Assembly (NCBI GenBank): GCA_051874695.1
Contig: JBJEGC010000007.1
Coordinates: forward strand, 231,465-295,464
Source: Candidatus Bruticola sp.
GTDB taxonomy: Bacteria > Vulcanimicrobiota > Xenobia > Xenobiales > Xenobiaceae
Direction of reading: 5' to 3'
Length of the DNA: 64,000 nucleotides
Positions 39,569-49,393 of the stretch are shown piece by piece. The notes beneath the pieces were generated by a model, which saw only the letters and a list, made by a program, of their open reading frames with translations, made no database searches and had not been told where the DNA came from. Both the position numbers and the translations under genes were made by a program. Each line of letters opens with the position of its first letter. Position 1 is the first letter of the stretch.

Positions 39569-40105
39569 ATGCGTAAATTTACAGCCACACTCTTCCTGCT
39601 GGCCACTTTGTCGCTGGGCTGCCTAGCGGTAGGTGCTGCGCCGGCTATGGCGGATGAGAGCATGAAGACCGTAAACGTAGTAACTGAATTCGGTCCTTAC
39701 ACTTACAGTCTTTATGAGTATCCTTCTTATAACACTAGTTTCTTCTTCTATCAGGACAGCTATGTCGAGTTCGATGTAGTGAACGGTACTTCTTGGAGAA
39801 TTGAATCTCCTAAAGACAAGATCCACAAAGAAGCTGCTCCTCCCAGTGAGTCCTTGTTAGGCACCGGTCGTACATACAATTCCCTTGAGAATTTCGATGT
39901 ATACTTCTATGCCCCCGACGGCACCCTTTTAGCCTGCCGCAAGAATGCCAGACTCAGCGACAACTACAGCTTCCCCAGCGATCGCTCTCATGACAAAGTG
40001 CGTGTTCGCATTGAGTCCAGAGCTACCCAGAACTTAGATGCTAAGTTTATTGTCTGGGAACCGGTTAATCCCGTTGTGGCTAAGCCCCTCAGCACCAAGA
40101 AGTAG
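39569..40105 (+). CDS. Small secreted protein, function unknown
   Basis: 178-aa ORF with a GGAG-containing RBS. Signal peptide FTATLFLLATLSLGCLAVGAAPAMA. No family recognised. Confidence 0.6.
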   Translation: MRKFTATLFLLATLSLGCLAVGAAPAMADESMKTVNVVTEFGPYTYSLYEYPSYNTSFFFYQDSYVEFDVVNGTSWRIESPKDKIHKEAAPPSESLLGTGRTYNSLENFDVYFYAPDGTLLACRKNARLSDNYSFPSDRSHDKVRVRIESRATQNLDAKFIVWEPVNPVVAKPLSTKK

Positions 40106-40186
40106 TATCGTTTAGTTTGTAAGTTGCGTTCCTAGTTTTCTGCTTTTTCAAAGAAGAGAATTTTTGAGGAGCGCATATTTTTTTGC

Positions 40187-40226
40187 GAGCCGTTTCAGTT
40201 AATCTGAAGGCTCGTTTTTGTTTTTA
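40187..40226 (+). terminator. Intrinsic terminator
   Basis: CGAGCCGTTTCAG..CTGAAGGCTCG hairpin followed by TTTTTGTTTTT. Confidence 0.65.
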
Positions 40227-40390
40227 GCTTAAAAATATCCGCAATTCTAACGTTAATAAAATATAGACTGTTTATAATGAGAGAGAGTTGGGGAAGCCTT
40301 AGCTGCTGGTAAAAACGGGAGCTTGGTTTCTCTCTGTGGGGGAGTTTCAGTCGTTTTTTATTTTTATACTATATACACGGAGTCTGTATC

Positions 40391-42322
40391 ATGGCTGCAC
40401 AAACTTATGAATTCCAAGCTCAAGCTCGTCAGCTTTTAAATTTAGTTATAAACTCGATTTACTCTAATAAAGAGATATTCTTGCGCGAACTTCTTTCTAA
40501 TGCATCCGATGCAATGGATAAACTGCGCCTCGAGTCTTTACAAAATTCTGCCTTAGAGGCTGACGTATCTGATCTGCATATCACCATTGAGCGCGACAGC
40601 GAGAACCGTACTTTAAAAGTTATCGACAACGGCATTGGTATGAATGCTGAAGAACTGCAGAATTTGATTGGTACTATCGCCCGCTCGGGGACTGCTGAGT
40701 TCTTGAAGCAAGCTTCGGAAAATAAAGCTGCTGCTGCTGAATTGATTGGCCAATTCGGTGTTGGTTTTTACTCTGTTTTCATGGTAGCTGACAAAGCTGT
40801 TATTGAAACTCGCAAAGTTGGCGAAAAAGAAGGCTATCGCTGGGAATCTGCTGGCGATGGTTCCTATACTATTGACGAAGCTGGAGAGCTTCCTCAGGGA
40901 ACAACTATCACTTTGTACTTAAAAGAGACTGACGAAGAAAACGGTCTCGATGACTACACTCAGGAATGGGTTATTCGCGATTTAGTAAAACGCTATTCAG
41001 ACTTTATTTCTTATCCCATCAGAATGATGGTTACTAAGCGTGATAGCGTTCCTGCCGAAAAAGAAGGCGAAGAGCCTAAAATGGTTGAGAAGCAGGAAAT
41101 AGAAACTCTCAATTCCATGAAGGCGCTGTGGGCAAGGGCTGAAAGTGAAGTTGAGCCCAAAGAATACAATGATTTCTATCGTCGTATAGCTCACGACTGG
41201 CAGGATCCGTTAAAAGTTATTACCATGAAGGGTGAAGGAACTTTTGAATTCCAATCTTTACTCTTCATACCCGCTAAAGCTCCATTCGATATGTATATGC
41301 CGGACAGTAAGAGAGGCATACAACTTTATGTTAAGCGCGTTTTTATTATGGATGACTGCGAAGAGCTCATTCCTCCGTATTTGCGTTTCCTCCGCGGTGT
41401 AGTCGATTCAACCGATCTCTCGCTCAATATTTCCCGAGAAATTCTCCAAAAAGATCGTCAAATTAGGGCTATTAACAAGAGCATAGTCCGCAAAGTGCTG
41501 AGCACTCTCAAGAGCACCATGGAAGAGGATCCTGAACTGTATCGTAAGTTCTGGCGCGAGTTTGGCAAAGTGCTTAAAGAGGGGCTGTACAATGATAGTG
41601 CCAACCGCGAGAAAATTTTAGAAGTTATGCTGGCTGATTCTACAAATTCAGCTGAGTTGACTTCTTTGAATGATTACATCTCCCGCATGAAAGATGGGCA
41701 AGAAAATATTTACTACATTGCCGGAGAGAATCGCGAGCGTTTAGCCAAGGCTCCTCAAATGGAAGTCTTCAAAGCTAAAGGTATAGAGGTACTCATACTT
41801 AGCGATCCCATCGATTCTGTTTGGGTAGAAATGGTCGGCGATTACAAGGAGAAAAAGTTTAAATCGGTGCTGCGCGGTGCTGTGGAACTTGGCGATGAGG
41901 CAGAAAAAAAGGCTGCTGAAGAAAAGCTGGAGGCTCAGCGCAAAGACTTAGCTTCTATGATTGCCTGGATGGGCAGTGGCTTAGATAGTAAAGTCAAAGA
42001 AGTCAGAGTATCTAATCGTTTAACAGATTCTCCTGCCTGCCTTGTTTCCGATGAAAACGATCCTACTCCGTCGATGGGAAAGATTATGAAGGCGATGGGG
42101 CAGAATTTCCCGGCCATTAAGCGTATTTTGGAAATAAACCCGGAGCATCCGATTATTAAACGCCTGCACGAACTTTATAATCAAAATGGCGACAGTGAAG
42201 ATCTCAAGTCGGTAACCAATTTAATTTATGACCAGGCTGTTTTGGCTGAAGGTGGTGAACTCGCCGATCCGGCAAGTTTCTCTGCTTCTTTGAGCAAAGT
42301 TATAAGTAAAGCTTTGCAATAA
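40391..42322 (+). CDS. htpG: Molecular chaperone HtpG (Hsp90)
   Basis: 643-aa ORF with the N-terminal GHKL ATPase motifs ELLSNASDAMDKLR and IGQFGVGFYSVFMVA, plus the middle-domain motif LNISREILQ. Confidence 0.95.
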   Translation: MAAQTYEFQAQARQLLNLVINSIYSNKEIFLRELLSNASDAMDKLRLESLQNSALEADVSDLHITIERDSENRTLKVIDNGIGMNAEELQNLIGTIARSGTAEFLKQASENKAAAAELIGQFGVGFYSVFMVADKAVIETRKVGEKEGYRWESAGDGSYTIDEAGELPQGTTITLYLKETDEENGLDDYTQEWVIRDLVKRYSDFISYPIRMMVTKRDSVPAEKEGEEPKMVEKQEIETLNSMKALWARAESEVEPKEYNDFYRRIAHDWQDPLKVITMKGEGTFEFQSLLFIPAKAPFDMYMPDSKRGIQLYVKRVFIMDDCEELIPPYLRFLRGVVDSTDLSLNISREILQKDRQIRAINKSIVRKVLSTLKSTMEEDPELYRKFWREFGKVLKEGLYNDSANREKILEVMLADSTNSAELTSLNDYISRMKDGQENIYYIAGENRERLAKAPQMEVFKAKGIEVLILSDPIDSVWVEMVGDYKEKKFKSVLRGAVELGDEAEKKAAEEKLEAQRKDLASMIAWMGSGLDSKVKEVRVSNRLTDSPACLVSDENDPTPSMGKIMKAMGQNFPAIKRILEINPEHPIIKRLHELYNQNGDSEDLKSVTNLIYDQAVLAEGGELADPASFSASLSKVISKALQ

Positions 42323-42571
42323 AATCAATTAAATATAAATTAAGGCTGGTTGAAACCCGTTTTTGTCTTTCTGGTTTGGCCAGCTTTTTTATTATTTATT
42401 TAAGACAACTCGGCAGGTTTTTAAGCAGGGAAAACAAGTTAAGAGGGATAAACCGGCTCAGGTTAACAGTTTCTTTATAAAATTTTCAGCTGTGTAGCAA
42501 AATTACGAGCGTAAGGCCAAGCTGGTTGCAACTCGTGGTTTTGCTTTTTTTGTAATAAGAGGTTAAGTTTT

Positions 42572-43768
42572 ATGGAACGCAGTAATTCCAGAGCTTTTTT
42601 ATTTCTATTGATGGGGTTGTTGACAGCATTCGGACCCTTTGTTACCGATATGTACCTGCCAACTCTACCCGCCATGACCAAATATTTTTCAGCTACAATG
42701 TCACAGGTTCAGCTGGGCTTAACTTTCTCCATGTTAGGTTTAGCTTTGGGACAGCTAGGTTTCGGACCGCTCAGTGATAAGATCGGCCGCCGTCCTCCTT
42801 TGTTGCTTTCGATGCTGATTTTTGTTATTTCTACTTTAGCTTGCATCTTTTCGCCTAACATTGAATTTTTTCTGGCTATGCGCTTTCTGCAGGGAATTGC
42901 CGGCTCCGGCGGCATTGTCATTTCTCGCTCTATAGCTGTTGATGAATTTTCTGGTCACAGTTTGGCTAAAGCTTTAGCTATAGTTGGCGCTATTAACGGT
43001 ATAGCTCCTGTAGCGGCTCCTATTATTGGTGGATCTTGCTGCGATCTTATCGGTTGGCGCGGCATTTTTGTTATTTTGTTAGCTTTAGGGTTAATTATCG
43101 GAGTTATGTGTGTGGTCTATAAAGAAACCCTGCCGGACAATAGGCGCTCTTCGGAAAAATGGTCTGATACTTTGCGTCTTTTCGGCAAGGTTATGAAAAG
43201 AAAACGTTTTATTTGTTACGTTTTACAGATGGCGGCAGCTCAAGGAATTCTTTTTGCTAATATTGCTTCTTCTCCGTTTTTAATTCAGAATCTGCACCAT
43301 AAGAGCGCCTTTATTTTCAGTCTGTATTTTGCCGTAAATTCAATAGCCATCGGTTTGGGAGCTGCTATGTCGGTTAAGTTTGAAAAACAGGAAAAATGTA
43401 TTTTCTACAGCTGCATTGGCATGCTGGCTGGAACGTTGGCTGCCGCTTTGGCATTAAATTTAGGCGCCTCTTTAATAGTTTACGAGCTTATAGTTACGGC
43501 TCTTTGTTTTGCCATGGGCATGACCTTTACGGCTGCTACCGCTTTAGCTATGGATGAAGTACGCGATTATGCCGGAGCCGGGTCAGCTGTACTGGGAGCT
43601 TCCTGCTTTATTACAGGAGGACTAGTTTCTCCTTTGGTGGGATTGGGCAATATTCTTTATGCCACTTCGGCCGTTTTTATAACTGCGGCTTTAATTTCCG
43701 CTTTATGTGCCCGCTTAGCTTCCGGTTATTCTTCCGCAAAAACTGAGTCTATGCATGCTGTAGCTTAA
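42572..43768 (+). CDS. MFS efflux transporter, Bcr/CflA subfamily
   Basis: 398-aa ORF with 12 TM segments. The N-terminus LLTAFGPFVTDMYLPTLPAMTKYF and GPLSDKIGRRPPLL are typical of Bcr/CflA. Confidence 0.85.
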   Translation: MERSNSRAFLFLLMGLLTAFGPFVTDMYLPTLPAMTKYFSATMSQVQLGLTFSMLGLALGQLGFGPLSDKIGRRPPLLLSMLIFVISTLACIFSPNIEFFLAMRFLQGIAGSGGIVISRSIAVDEFSGHSLAKALAIVGAINGIAPVAAPIIGGSCCDLIGWRGIFVILLALGLIIGVMCVVYKETLPDNRRSSEKWSDTLRLFGKVMKRKRFICYVLQMAAAQGILFANIASSPFLIQNLHHKSAFIFSLYFAVNSIAIGLGAAMSVKFEKQEKCIFYSCIGMLAGTLAAALALNLGASLIVYELIVTALCFAMGMTFTAATALAMDEVRDYAGAGSAVLGASCFITGGLVSPLVGLGNILYATSAVFITAALISALCARLASGYSSAKTESMHAVA

Positions 43769-43850
43769 GGATGCTTGAACAAAAAAAAAGTGGGGCGGAT
43801 GAAACGCCCTATCGGTAAAACTGTAATTTTAAAATAAGGTAAAAAAACAA

Positions 43851-43885
43851 GCGGCATTCAGCTAAAGCTGAATGCCGCCTGTTTT
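43851..43885. terminator. Intrinsic terminator between convergent transporter genes
   Basis: GCGGCATTCAGC-TAAA-GCTGAATGCCGC is a perfect 12-bp stem. The T-tract is stronger on the minus strand (TTGTTTTTTT), so it mainly serves the POT gene. Confidence 0.65.
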
Positions 43886-43982
43886 CATTGTCCAATCTTG
43901 CCTGGCAGATGCCGATTTTGTAATCTATTTAAATTACTGTCTTATCGGCATACGTCAGAGAGCAAGTTTTTTTTGATTTGGT

Positions 43983-45590
43983 TTAGGCCTTGCCGTGCAT
44001 CCACTTCTTCAGCATCGGAGTTAAGAGCAAAACTAAAATGCCCGATCCGATCGATGAACAGATGAGGAAGAACCACATATTGATGTTGTAGGAATGGAGT
44101 ACACTCTCAAGGATACCAGCGAAGTAGTTGGCCATAGCCGAAGAGAGGAACCAGAAGCCCATCATAATTGACATTAAACGGTTGGGAGAGAGTTTGGAGA
44201 CCATGGAAAGGCCCACAGGAGAGAGACAGAGCTCGCCCATAGTGTGCAGGAAGTAAACACTTACCAGCCACATAGGACTTACTTTAGTACCGTCAGCTGC
44301 CAAGCTGCTGCCCATGAACATAACAATGAAACCTAAACCCAAGATGATCATGCCCAAGCCCATTTTGGCTGGTACGGAAATGGCGTATTTTGAATTATCC
44401 CACTTGTACCACATGATTGAGAAAAGCGGAGCAAAGGTGCAGATAATGAAGGGATTGATAGACTGGAACCAAGAGGCGGGAATAGTGAAAGCGTTACCCA
44501 AAAAGCTTATGGCACGTTGGGTCTGCTCTTCGGCAAACAGAGTCATGGTGCCACCGGCCTGTTCAAAGCCCATCCAAAAGAAGGTAACAAAGACGGTGAT
44601 AATGACAATCACGCAGAGGCGGTGTATTTCTTCAAGAGTGAGTTTAGAGCTGCCTTTTTCGGCTTCTTCCGTCTGTTTCTCGCCGTGTTGGTGAGTAAAC
44701 AGGTAACTTATAATAAAGGTGAATAATACACTCAGGCCGACTGCTACAGGCAGCGGAGAAGAAGTCAGGCTGAAAGAGGCGCTCTTGGTAATATTCCAGA
44801 GCCAGCAAGAAACAGCTGTAATGCCGATGATACCAACGATCCAGTAGCAGACGTCGAGGTAGTCTTTGGTGTGGAGGTGGGCCTCCTCAACTGAACCTTT
44901 AAATGTTGGAGGCATACCGGCGCCATTGAATCGGCTCTGTCCTAGATTGAAAATAATCTGGCCAATAATCATACCGATACCGGCGGCCACAAACCCCCAA
45001 GACCAGCCAAAATTTTGGCCTAAACTTCCGCAGATGAGCGGAGAGAAGAAGGCCCCCAGGTTGATACCCATGTAGAATATAGTGAAACCGCCGTCGCGGC
45101 GCGGATCGTTATCTTTGTAAAGTCCGCCCACAATGTTGGAAATGTTGGGCTTAAAGAAGCCGTTGCCCAGAATTAGAAGGGCTAAAGCCGGATAAAGCAT
45201 AGCCGGTTGGGACAGCAGTAATTCGCCTAAGGCCATGGTGCAGCCGCCGATAATAACAGCCTTGCGGGCACCTAAAAAGCGATCGGAAAGATAACCGCCT
45301 ATAAGGGGAGTCAAATAAACTAAGCCGGTATAAATACCGTAAAGGGCGAGGGCGTCTTTGCGTTCGTACTGTAGTTGACTTACTAAGTACAAAACCAAAA
45401 TAGCACGCATGCCGTAGTAACTGAAGCGTTCCCAAGCTTCCGCTCCGAAGAGCCAATACAGCCCCTTGGGCTGCTTTGAATCAGCCGCTTCCGATTTAGC
45501 TGCTTCGCCCTCTGCTCCTACTGATTGCTTTAGAGAATCGTCGGAGGAGGCAGTTGTGGTGATTGATTTTTCTTCAGACAATAGATCCAC
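43983..45590 (-). CDS. Proton-dependent oligopeptide transporter (POT/PTR2 family, DtpT-like)
   Basis: 535-aa polytopic ORF with the PTR2 signature WERFSYYGMRAILVLYL and the second motif FYMGINLGAFFSP. Confidence 0.9.
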   Translation of the reverse strand: MDLLSEEKSITTTASSDDSLKQSVGAEGEAAKSEAADSKQPKGLYWLFGAEAWERFSYYGMRAILVLYLVSQLQYERKDALALYGIYTGLVYLTPLIGGYLSDRFLGARKAVIIGGCTMALGELLLSQPAMLYPALALLILGNGFFKPNISNIVGGLYKDNDPRRDGGFTIFYMGINLGAFFSPLICGSLGQNFGWSWGFVAAGIGMIIGQIIFNLGQSRFNGAGMPPTFKGSVEEAHLHTKDYLDVCYWIVGIIGITAVSCWLWNITKSASFSLTSSPLPVAVGLSVLFTFIISYLFTHQHGEKQTEEAEKGSSKLTLEEIHRLCVIVIITVFVTFFWMGFEQAGGTMTLFAEEQTQRAISFLGNAFTIPASWFQSINPFIICTFAPLFSIMWYKWDNSKYAISVPAKMGLGMIILGLGFIVMFMGSSLAADGTKVSPMWLVSVYFLHTMGELCLSPVGLSMVSKLSPNRLMSIMMGFWFLSSAMANYFAGILESVLHSYNINMWFFLICSSIGSGILVLLLTPMLKKWMHGKA

Positions 45591-45813
45591 CTCTCTGCGT
45601 ACATGGTTATAAAATTGGTAGAGCTTTATGCAATTGGTTTATTCATGTTTAACCTATTTGTGACACTCTGCTTAAAATAAAAAGCCTTCGCAATTGTTTA
45701 ACTGCAGCCCTGCTCTTTTGCGGGGTTGCAGAGTGGTAGCCGGTTAGCTGAGGGGCTATTAAAAGTAATACAGCACAATTAAGCCTTTAAGGCGGGCACT
45801 AATTTTAATAAAT

Positions 45814-46647
45814 TTATTTCGTCTTCGAGTTTAACTTGTAGAGTTCGGGGCGCCTGTGCTTTAAGAGGGGGAGCTGTTCGCGCACCTCCCGGACTAAATC
45901 AAGATCAATATCAACTATCTGTAGCCCTTCTTCTGCGTCCATCTGTTTTATAACATCTCCCCAAGGATCGACGGCAATGGTGTGGCCCCAAGATTTATAG
46001 GAGGCCGTTGAACAACGGGCTGGGGCCGTTCCTAAAGCGAAAAATTGGTTAAACATGGCTTGACTTCTAAACATTAGTTCCCAATGGCGCGGGCCGGTGG
46101 TCATATTAAAGGCTGCGGGCACAAAAATTAGTACGGCTCCTTGTAGGGCCATTAGACGCCCCAGTTCCGGAAAGCGGAAGTCGTAGCATATACAGAGGCC
46201 GAAGCGTCCGAACTCCGTATCAAAAGATGTAACCTGACGGCCGGCACTTAAAACCGCCGATTCTTGGAAGTGTTGCCCACCTTTAATATCTATGTCAAAC
46301 AGATGCATTTTGCGGTGTTTGGCAATTATTTCTCCGCTAGGATTGAAGATATAAGCCGTATTAAATATGTTGCCTGATTTGTCTTTTTCCGGTATGGAAC
46401 CGGCTGCCAGGTACAGGCGATGAGTTCTGGCCAATTTAGAGCAGCAGCTGAAAACAGCTCCTCCTTCTTCTTCTGCATAAACTTTAAAAAGTGAAGTATC
46501 GTAGGAGCAGCAGAACATTTCCGGCAGAGAAACGATTTGAGCGTTGGCCGAGACGGCACTGAGGCTGATTCCTTCTAGTACGGCACCGATTTCTTTTATA
46601 TCGGAAATTGTTTGTATTTGGGCTTGTAAAATGCGTATTTTGTTCAT
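45814..46647 (-). CDS. Carbon-nitrogen hydrolase family protein (Nit/omega-amidase-like)
   Basis: 277-aa ORF. The Glu-Lys-Cys triad contexts are present (VSLPEMF, HRKMHLFD, GLCICYDFRFPE). Confidence 0.85.
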   Translation of the reverse strand: MNKIRILQAQIQTISDIKEIGAVLEGISLSAVSANAQIVSLPEMFCCSYDTSLFKVYAEEEGGAVFSCCSKLARTHRLYLAAGSIPEKDKSGNIFNTAYIFNPSGEIIAKHRKMHLFDIDIKGGQHFQESAVLSAGRQVTSFDTEFGRFGLCICYDFRFPELGRLMALQGAVLIFVPAAFNMTTGPRHWELMFRSQAMFNQFFALGTAPARCSTASYKSWGHTIAVDPWGDVIKQMDAEEGLQIVDIDLDLVREVREQLPLLKHRRPELYKLNSKTK

Positions 46648-46679
46648 GTTGCTATTGAAGCAGACACACCTATAAAAAT

Positions 46680-46712
46680 AAAGGCCGCTGCTTAAAATAA
46701 GCAGCGGCCTTT
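46680..46712 (-). terminator. Intrinsic terminator downstream of paralog 1
   Basis: AAGGCCGCTGCTT (46681-46693) pairs with AAGCAGCGGCCTT (46699-46711), with a T-rich run on the minus strand. Confidence 0.7.
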
Positions 46713-46725
46713 ATTAGTTGTTTTT

Positions 46726-49122
46726 TTAGTAGTTGGCGAACATTTTGACCATCACTTTGCGATGGGCAGAAGTAGCCAAAAGTTTGTTAATGTAGGAAGG
46801 ATCGAAGGTCATTTCCACACTTTTGGCTTTATATGAAATGTTGCCCTTGTCGTCCGTCTTGGTGGCTTCACCGTCAGCTTGCGGATCTTTTCCGTAAGCG
46901 ACCATGGAGCCGGTCAGATTTAGGCGGCTGTCTTTGCCTATGTCGACATTGATATTGCCGCAAGCGTAGATAACACCAGCAATTTCCTGATCGGAGTAGT
47001 TAATACTCTGATAGCGGCTGAGCAGTCCGGCCAACTGCTGAGTTTTGTACGTTTCATAGTTTTCGGTCTGCTCGGCAGGAGGAACGAACTTGTCGCTCAT
47101 GTTGACATTGGTAATGGAAGCCATTTCTTGATTGCTGCTGCTACCTTCCTCAATTTTAGTTTGAGCTGCAGCCTTACCGGCATTGTACAATTTTTTAATA
47201 GCCTGGTAGAATTCGCAGGTAGACGTATTATGATTTTCCGCCGGTATACATACCGTATAGATGCCTATTCTCCAGTCAAATCTGTATTCATATGTGTCAC
47301 AAGAACACATTACTACTTTTGGATCGTTTGCTATGTAGTTACTTAACGTATCTTGGCCCAACATACCTTCAGAGTAAACTTGAGCCATTAGAGCTCTGCC
47401 TTTTTCGGTATTTATAAAACCTGTTATACCGGAGGTACTTTTCTCTGAGCTGCAGTAGGCACGTCCGCCGTTTATGCAACTGCTGCATCCGTGTATAATA
47501 GGTACACCTGAATTTTTGAGATCGGCAATATCAAGATCGTCCGAACTTACAGCTTCAACAAGTACCGGCTTTTCGTGGGCCACACCGGTGTCTGGATCGA
47601 TAGTAACGTTATCATACGGCTTGTTTGTGTCTTTATTGGGAGTGGGAGACACTTCTTCCATATGGGCGGTGGTATTGTAAATCGTCTCTAAGTTTACGTC
47701 GCCTTTAGCGTAAATGGAGACGCCGACGCCAGGATCCGATTCCAGAATGCTGGGACCTTGTATGCTGATATTGCCTTCGGCGGTAATAGCCCCGTTGCCG
47801 ATAGTGGCTCCGGAAATGGTAATATTGCCGGTGCCGGTCAGAATAGTTGTGTTGTTGTCACCCTGATTCTTGCTGGAAAATCCCACAATAGGACGGGTGC
47901 CGTATTCGTTTATATCGGAACGAATTAACAGATCGCCTTCAACGTACATGTTTCGGTCGAACATGATGGCTAAATTGTCGTTGTCGACGGTCATGTTGGT
48001 GGTAGTATTGCCAATTATCTCGTAGCCACTGTCAGGAAGAGTCTTTCCGTAAGGGTATATCTCTCCGGGATAATGGTGTAGTTCGTTTTTACCGGAGGAG
48101 TTTCTTACCCATACGTAAGTGCCGGCTGACAGTTTCGTGTCTTTTTCAGTGGCTCGGGGAATATCTTCCCAGGATAGAGCCGTAAAGTTCTTACCCGAGC
48201 TGCTCTGTTCACTCTTTACAGTTTGGGGTTTTTTACTGTTTACTTTGAACGAATCTCCGTAATAGACGGTGGCTCCATTTTCGATTTTGAAGTTGTCGTC
48301 ATTTTTGCCAACTTTTAAATTTATTTTGCCCAAAGAGCGCATGTTGGGCGCTGCAGAACCGTCTGAGGAAATTAAAGAAAATGATTCTACTTTGGCTGTA
48401 ATGTCGCCAGCAGCACTGACTACTGAATCGGAATTTAAGAAGTCGGGATCGAGGGACACATAAAGTTCCAGCACCTGTTGGGTGTAGCCCGAGTCTTCGT
48501 TGATAGGGTTATCTAAAGTAGCGTCGCGTACGGCTTCGCCGCTGAAACCTTCTACAATAAGGTTGCAGGTGGCTTTAGGAATTGTAACCGCCTGTACGTT
48601 TTCGTTAGGAGTAAAGACCGTCTTACCGTTGCTGGTGACATGTTTGCCCATGACTACGCCGTTTTTGTCGGCGGGGTAGGCAAAGCGGGGAACGGTATTG
48701 AAAAGGTTGTTGGTTGAAATGTAGGGAGACTCGATTTTGTTGGCGCTATTTTTCATGCCATCTAAACCGTCGTCTCCGTCTTCGCAGTTGAACTTAATGC
48801 GAAATACGGACTTCTTGCCACTGACACTGGTTACAATGCCCCAGACATTGCCTTCCTTTTCTTTCACCTCAAAATTGTTGACTTTTAACTCGTAAGGTGA
48901 AGAAGGGTTACCTTTCCAAAGAATATTGCTCTGCAGACGAGTAATGGCGTACTGGGCACCGGAATGCGCAGCCATAAGAGCGTTTTCTTTGTCGTAGAAA
49001 TTGTTGGTCATCCTTAAACTGCCGAGGTTCGAATAAACAACCGAGCTCAGGAGCATCATAACTAAGACAACTGCCAGCATTGTAGTTATCAGTACAATAC
49101 CTTTTTTCCGTTCCTTCAGCAT
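46726..49122 (-). CDS. Large PilX-N-domain surface protein, paralog 1 of 6 (putative pilus-associated adhesin; Cys-rich cassette)
   Basis: 798-aa ORF with GGAGG 5 nt upstream. The N-terminus MLKERKKGIVLITTMLAVVLVMMLLSSVVYSN...ALMAAHSGAQYAI matches the PilX_N pattern as I recall it (basic-Gly-hydrophobic helix, then A..AA.SG). There is no prepilin G/FTLxE site. Shares the SILESDPGVGVSIYAKGDVNL and YSDQEIAGVIYA.GNINVDIG blocks with the other five copies. Confidence 0.75.
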   Translation of the reverse strand: MLKERKKGIVLITTMLAVVLVMMLLSSVVYSNLGSLRMTNNFYDKENALMAAHSGAQYAITRLQSNILWKGNPSSPYELKVNNFEVKEKEGNVWGIVTSVSGKKSVFRIKFNCEDGDDGLDGMKNSANKIESPYISTNNLFNTVPRFAYPADKNGVVMGKHVTSNGKTVFTPNENVQAVTIPKATCNLIVEGFSGEAVRDATLDNPINEDSGYTQQVLELYVSLDPDFLNSDSVVSAAGDITAKVESFSLISSDGSAAPNMRSLGKINLKVGKNDDNFKIENGATVYYGDSFKVNSKKPQTVKSEQSSSGKNFTALSWEDIPRATEKDTKLSAGTYVWVRNSSGKNELHHYPGEIYPYGKTLPDSGYEIIGNTTTNMTVDNDNLAIMFDRNMYVEGDLLIRSDINEYGTRPIVGFSSKNQGDNNTTILTGTGNITISGATIGNGAITAEGNISIQGPSILESDPGVGVSIYAKGDVNLETIYNTTAHMEEVSPTPNKDTNKPYDNVTIDPDTGVAHEKPVLVEAVSSDDLDIADLKNSGVPIIHGCSSCINGGRAYCSSEKSTSGITGFINTEKGRALMAQVYSEGMLGQDTLSNYIANDPKVVMCSCDTYEYRFDWRIGIYTVCIPAENHNTSTCEFYQAIKKLYNAGKAAAQTKIEEGSSSNQEMASITNVNMSDKFVPPAEQTENYETYKTQQLAGLLSRYQSINYSDQEIAGVIYACGNINVDIGKDSRLNLTGSMVAYGKDPQADGEATKTDDKGNISYKAKSVEMTFDPSYINKLLATSAHRKVMVKMFANY

Positions 49123-49297
49123 TGCTGCCTCCTATAAATAATTGCAGAAAACTATTATTAAAAAGTATTCCGTTTGTCCTTCTAATTATATGGTTTTACG
49201 GCTATAATTATCAATTAGAAAAAATACAATCTGCTTTCAAAAAGATAAAAAGGACTTTATCTTTTAATTTTTACCTAAATAAAACTTTAATTTATGT

Positions 49298-49338
49298 AAA
49301 AAAAGAGCTTCTGCTGTAAAGCAGAGAGCTCTTTTTTT
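49298..49338 (-). terminator. Intrinsic terminator downstream of paralog 2
   Basis: AGAGCT.CTGC / GCAG..AGCTCT hairpin flanked by an A-run and a T-run. On the minus strand it is followed by TTTTTTT. Confidence 0.5.
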
Positions 49339-49393
49339 GTTTAGGCAGAAAATAGCCCGTTACTTGTTATTAATTTAAAGATTTACTTGTAGC

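Noticed and set aside
45702-45731. 12-bp hairpin CTGCAGCCCTGC/GCGGGGTTGCAG between the C-N hydrolase and POT genes. It pairs better on the plus strand (two G-U pairs) than on the coding minus strand.
   Set aside because: No T-tract follows on either strand and no promoter is evident. A single hairpin is insufficient to call an antisense sRNA.
49122-49319. 65-aa plus-strand ORF in the AT-rich spacer between paralogs 1 and 2.
   Set aside because: The composition is AT-rich and Leu/Ile/Lys-heavy, and there is no RBS. It overlaps the likely promoter/leader of paralog 1 and the terminator of paralog 2.
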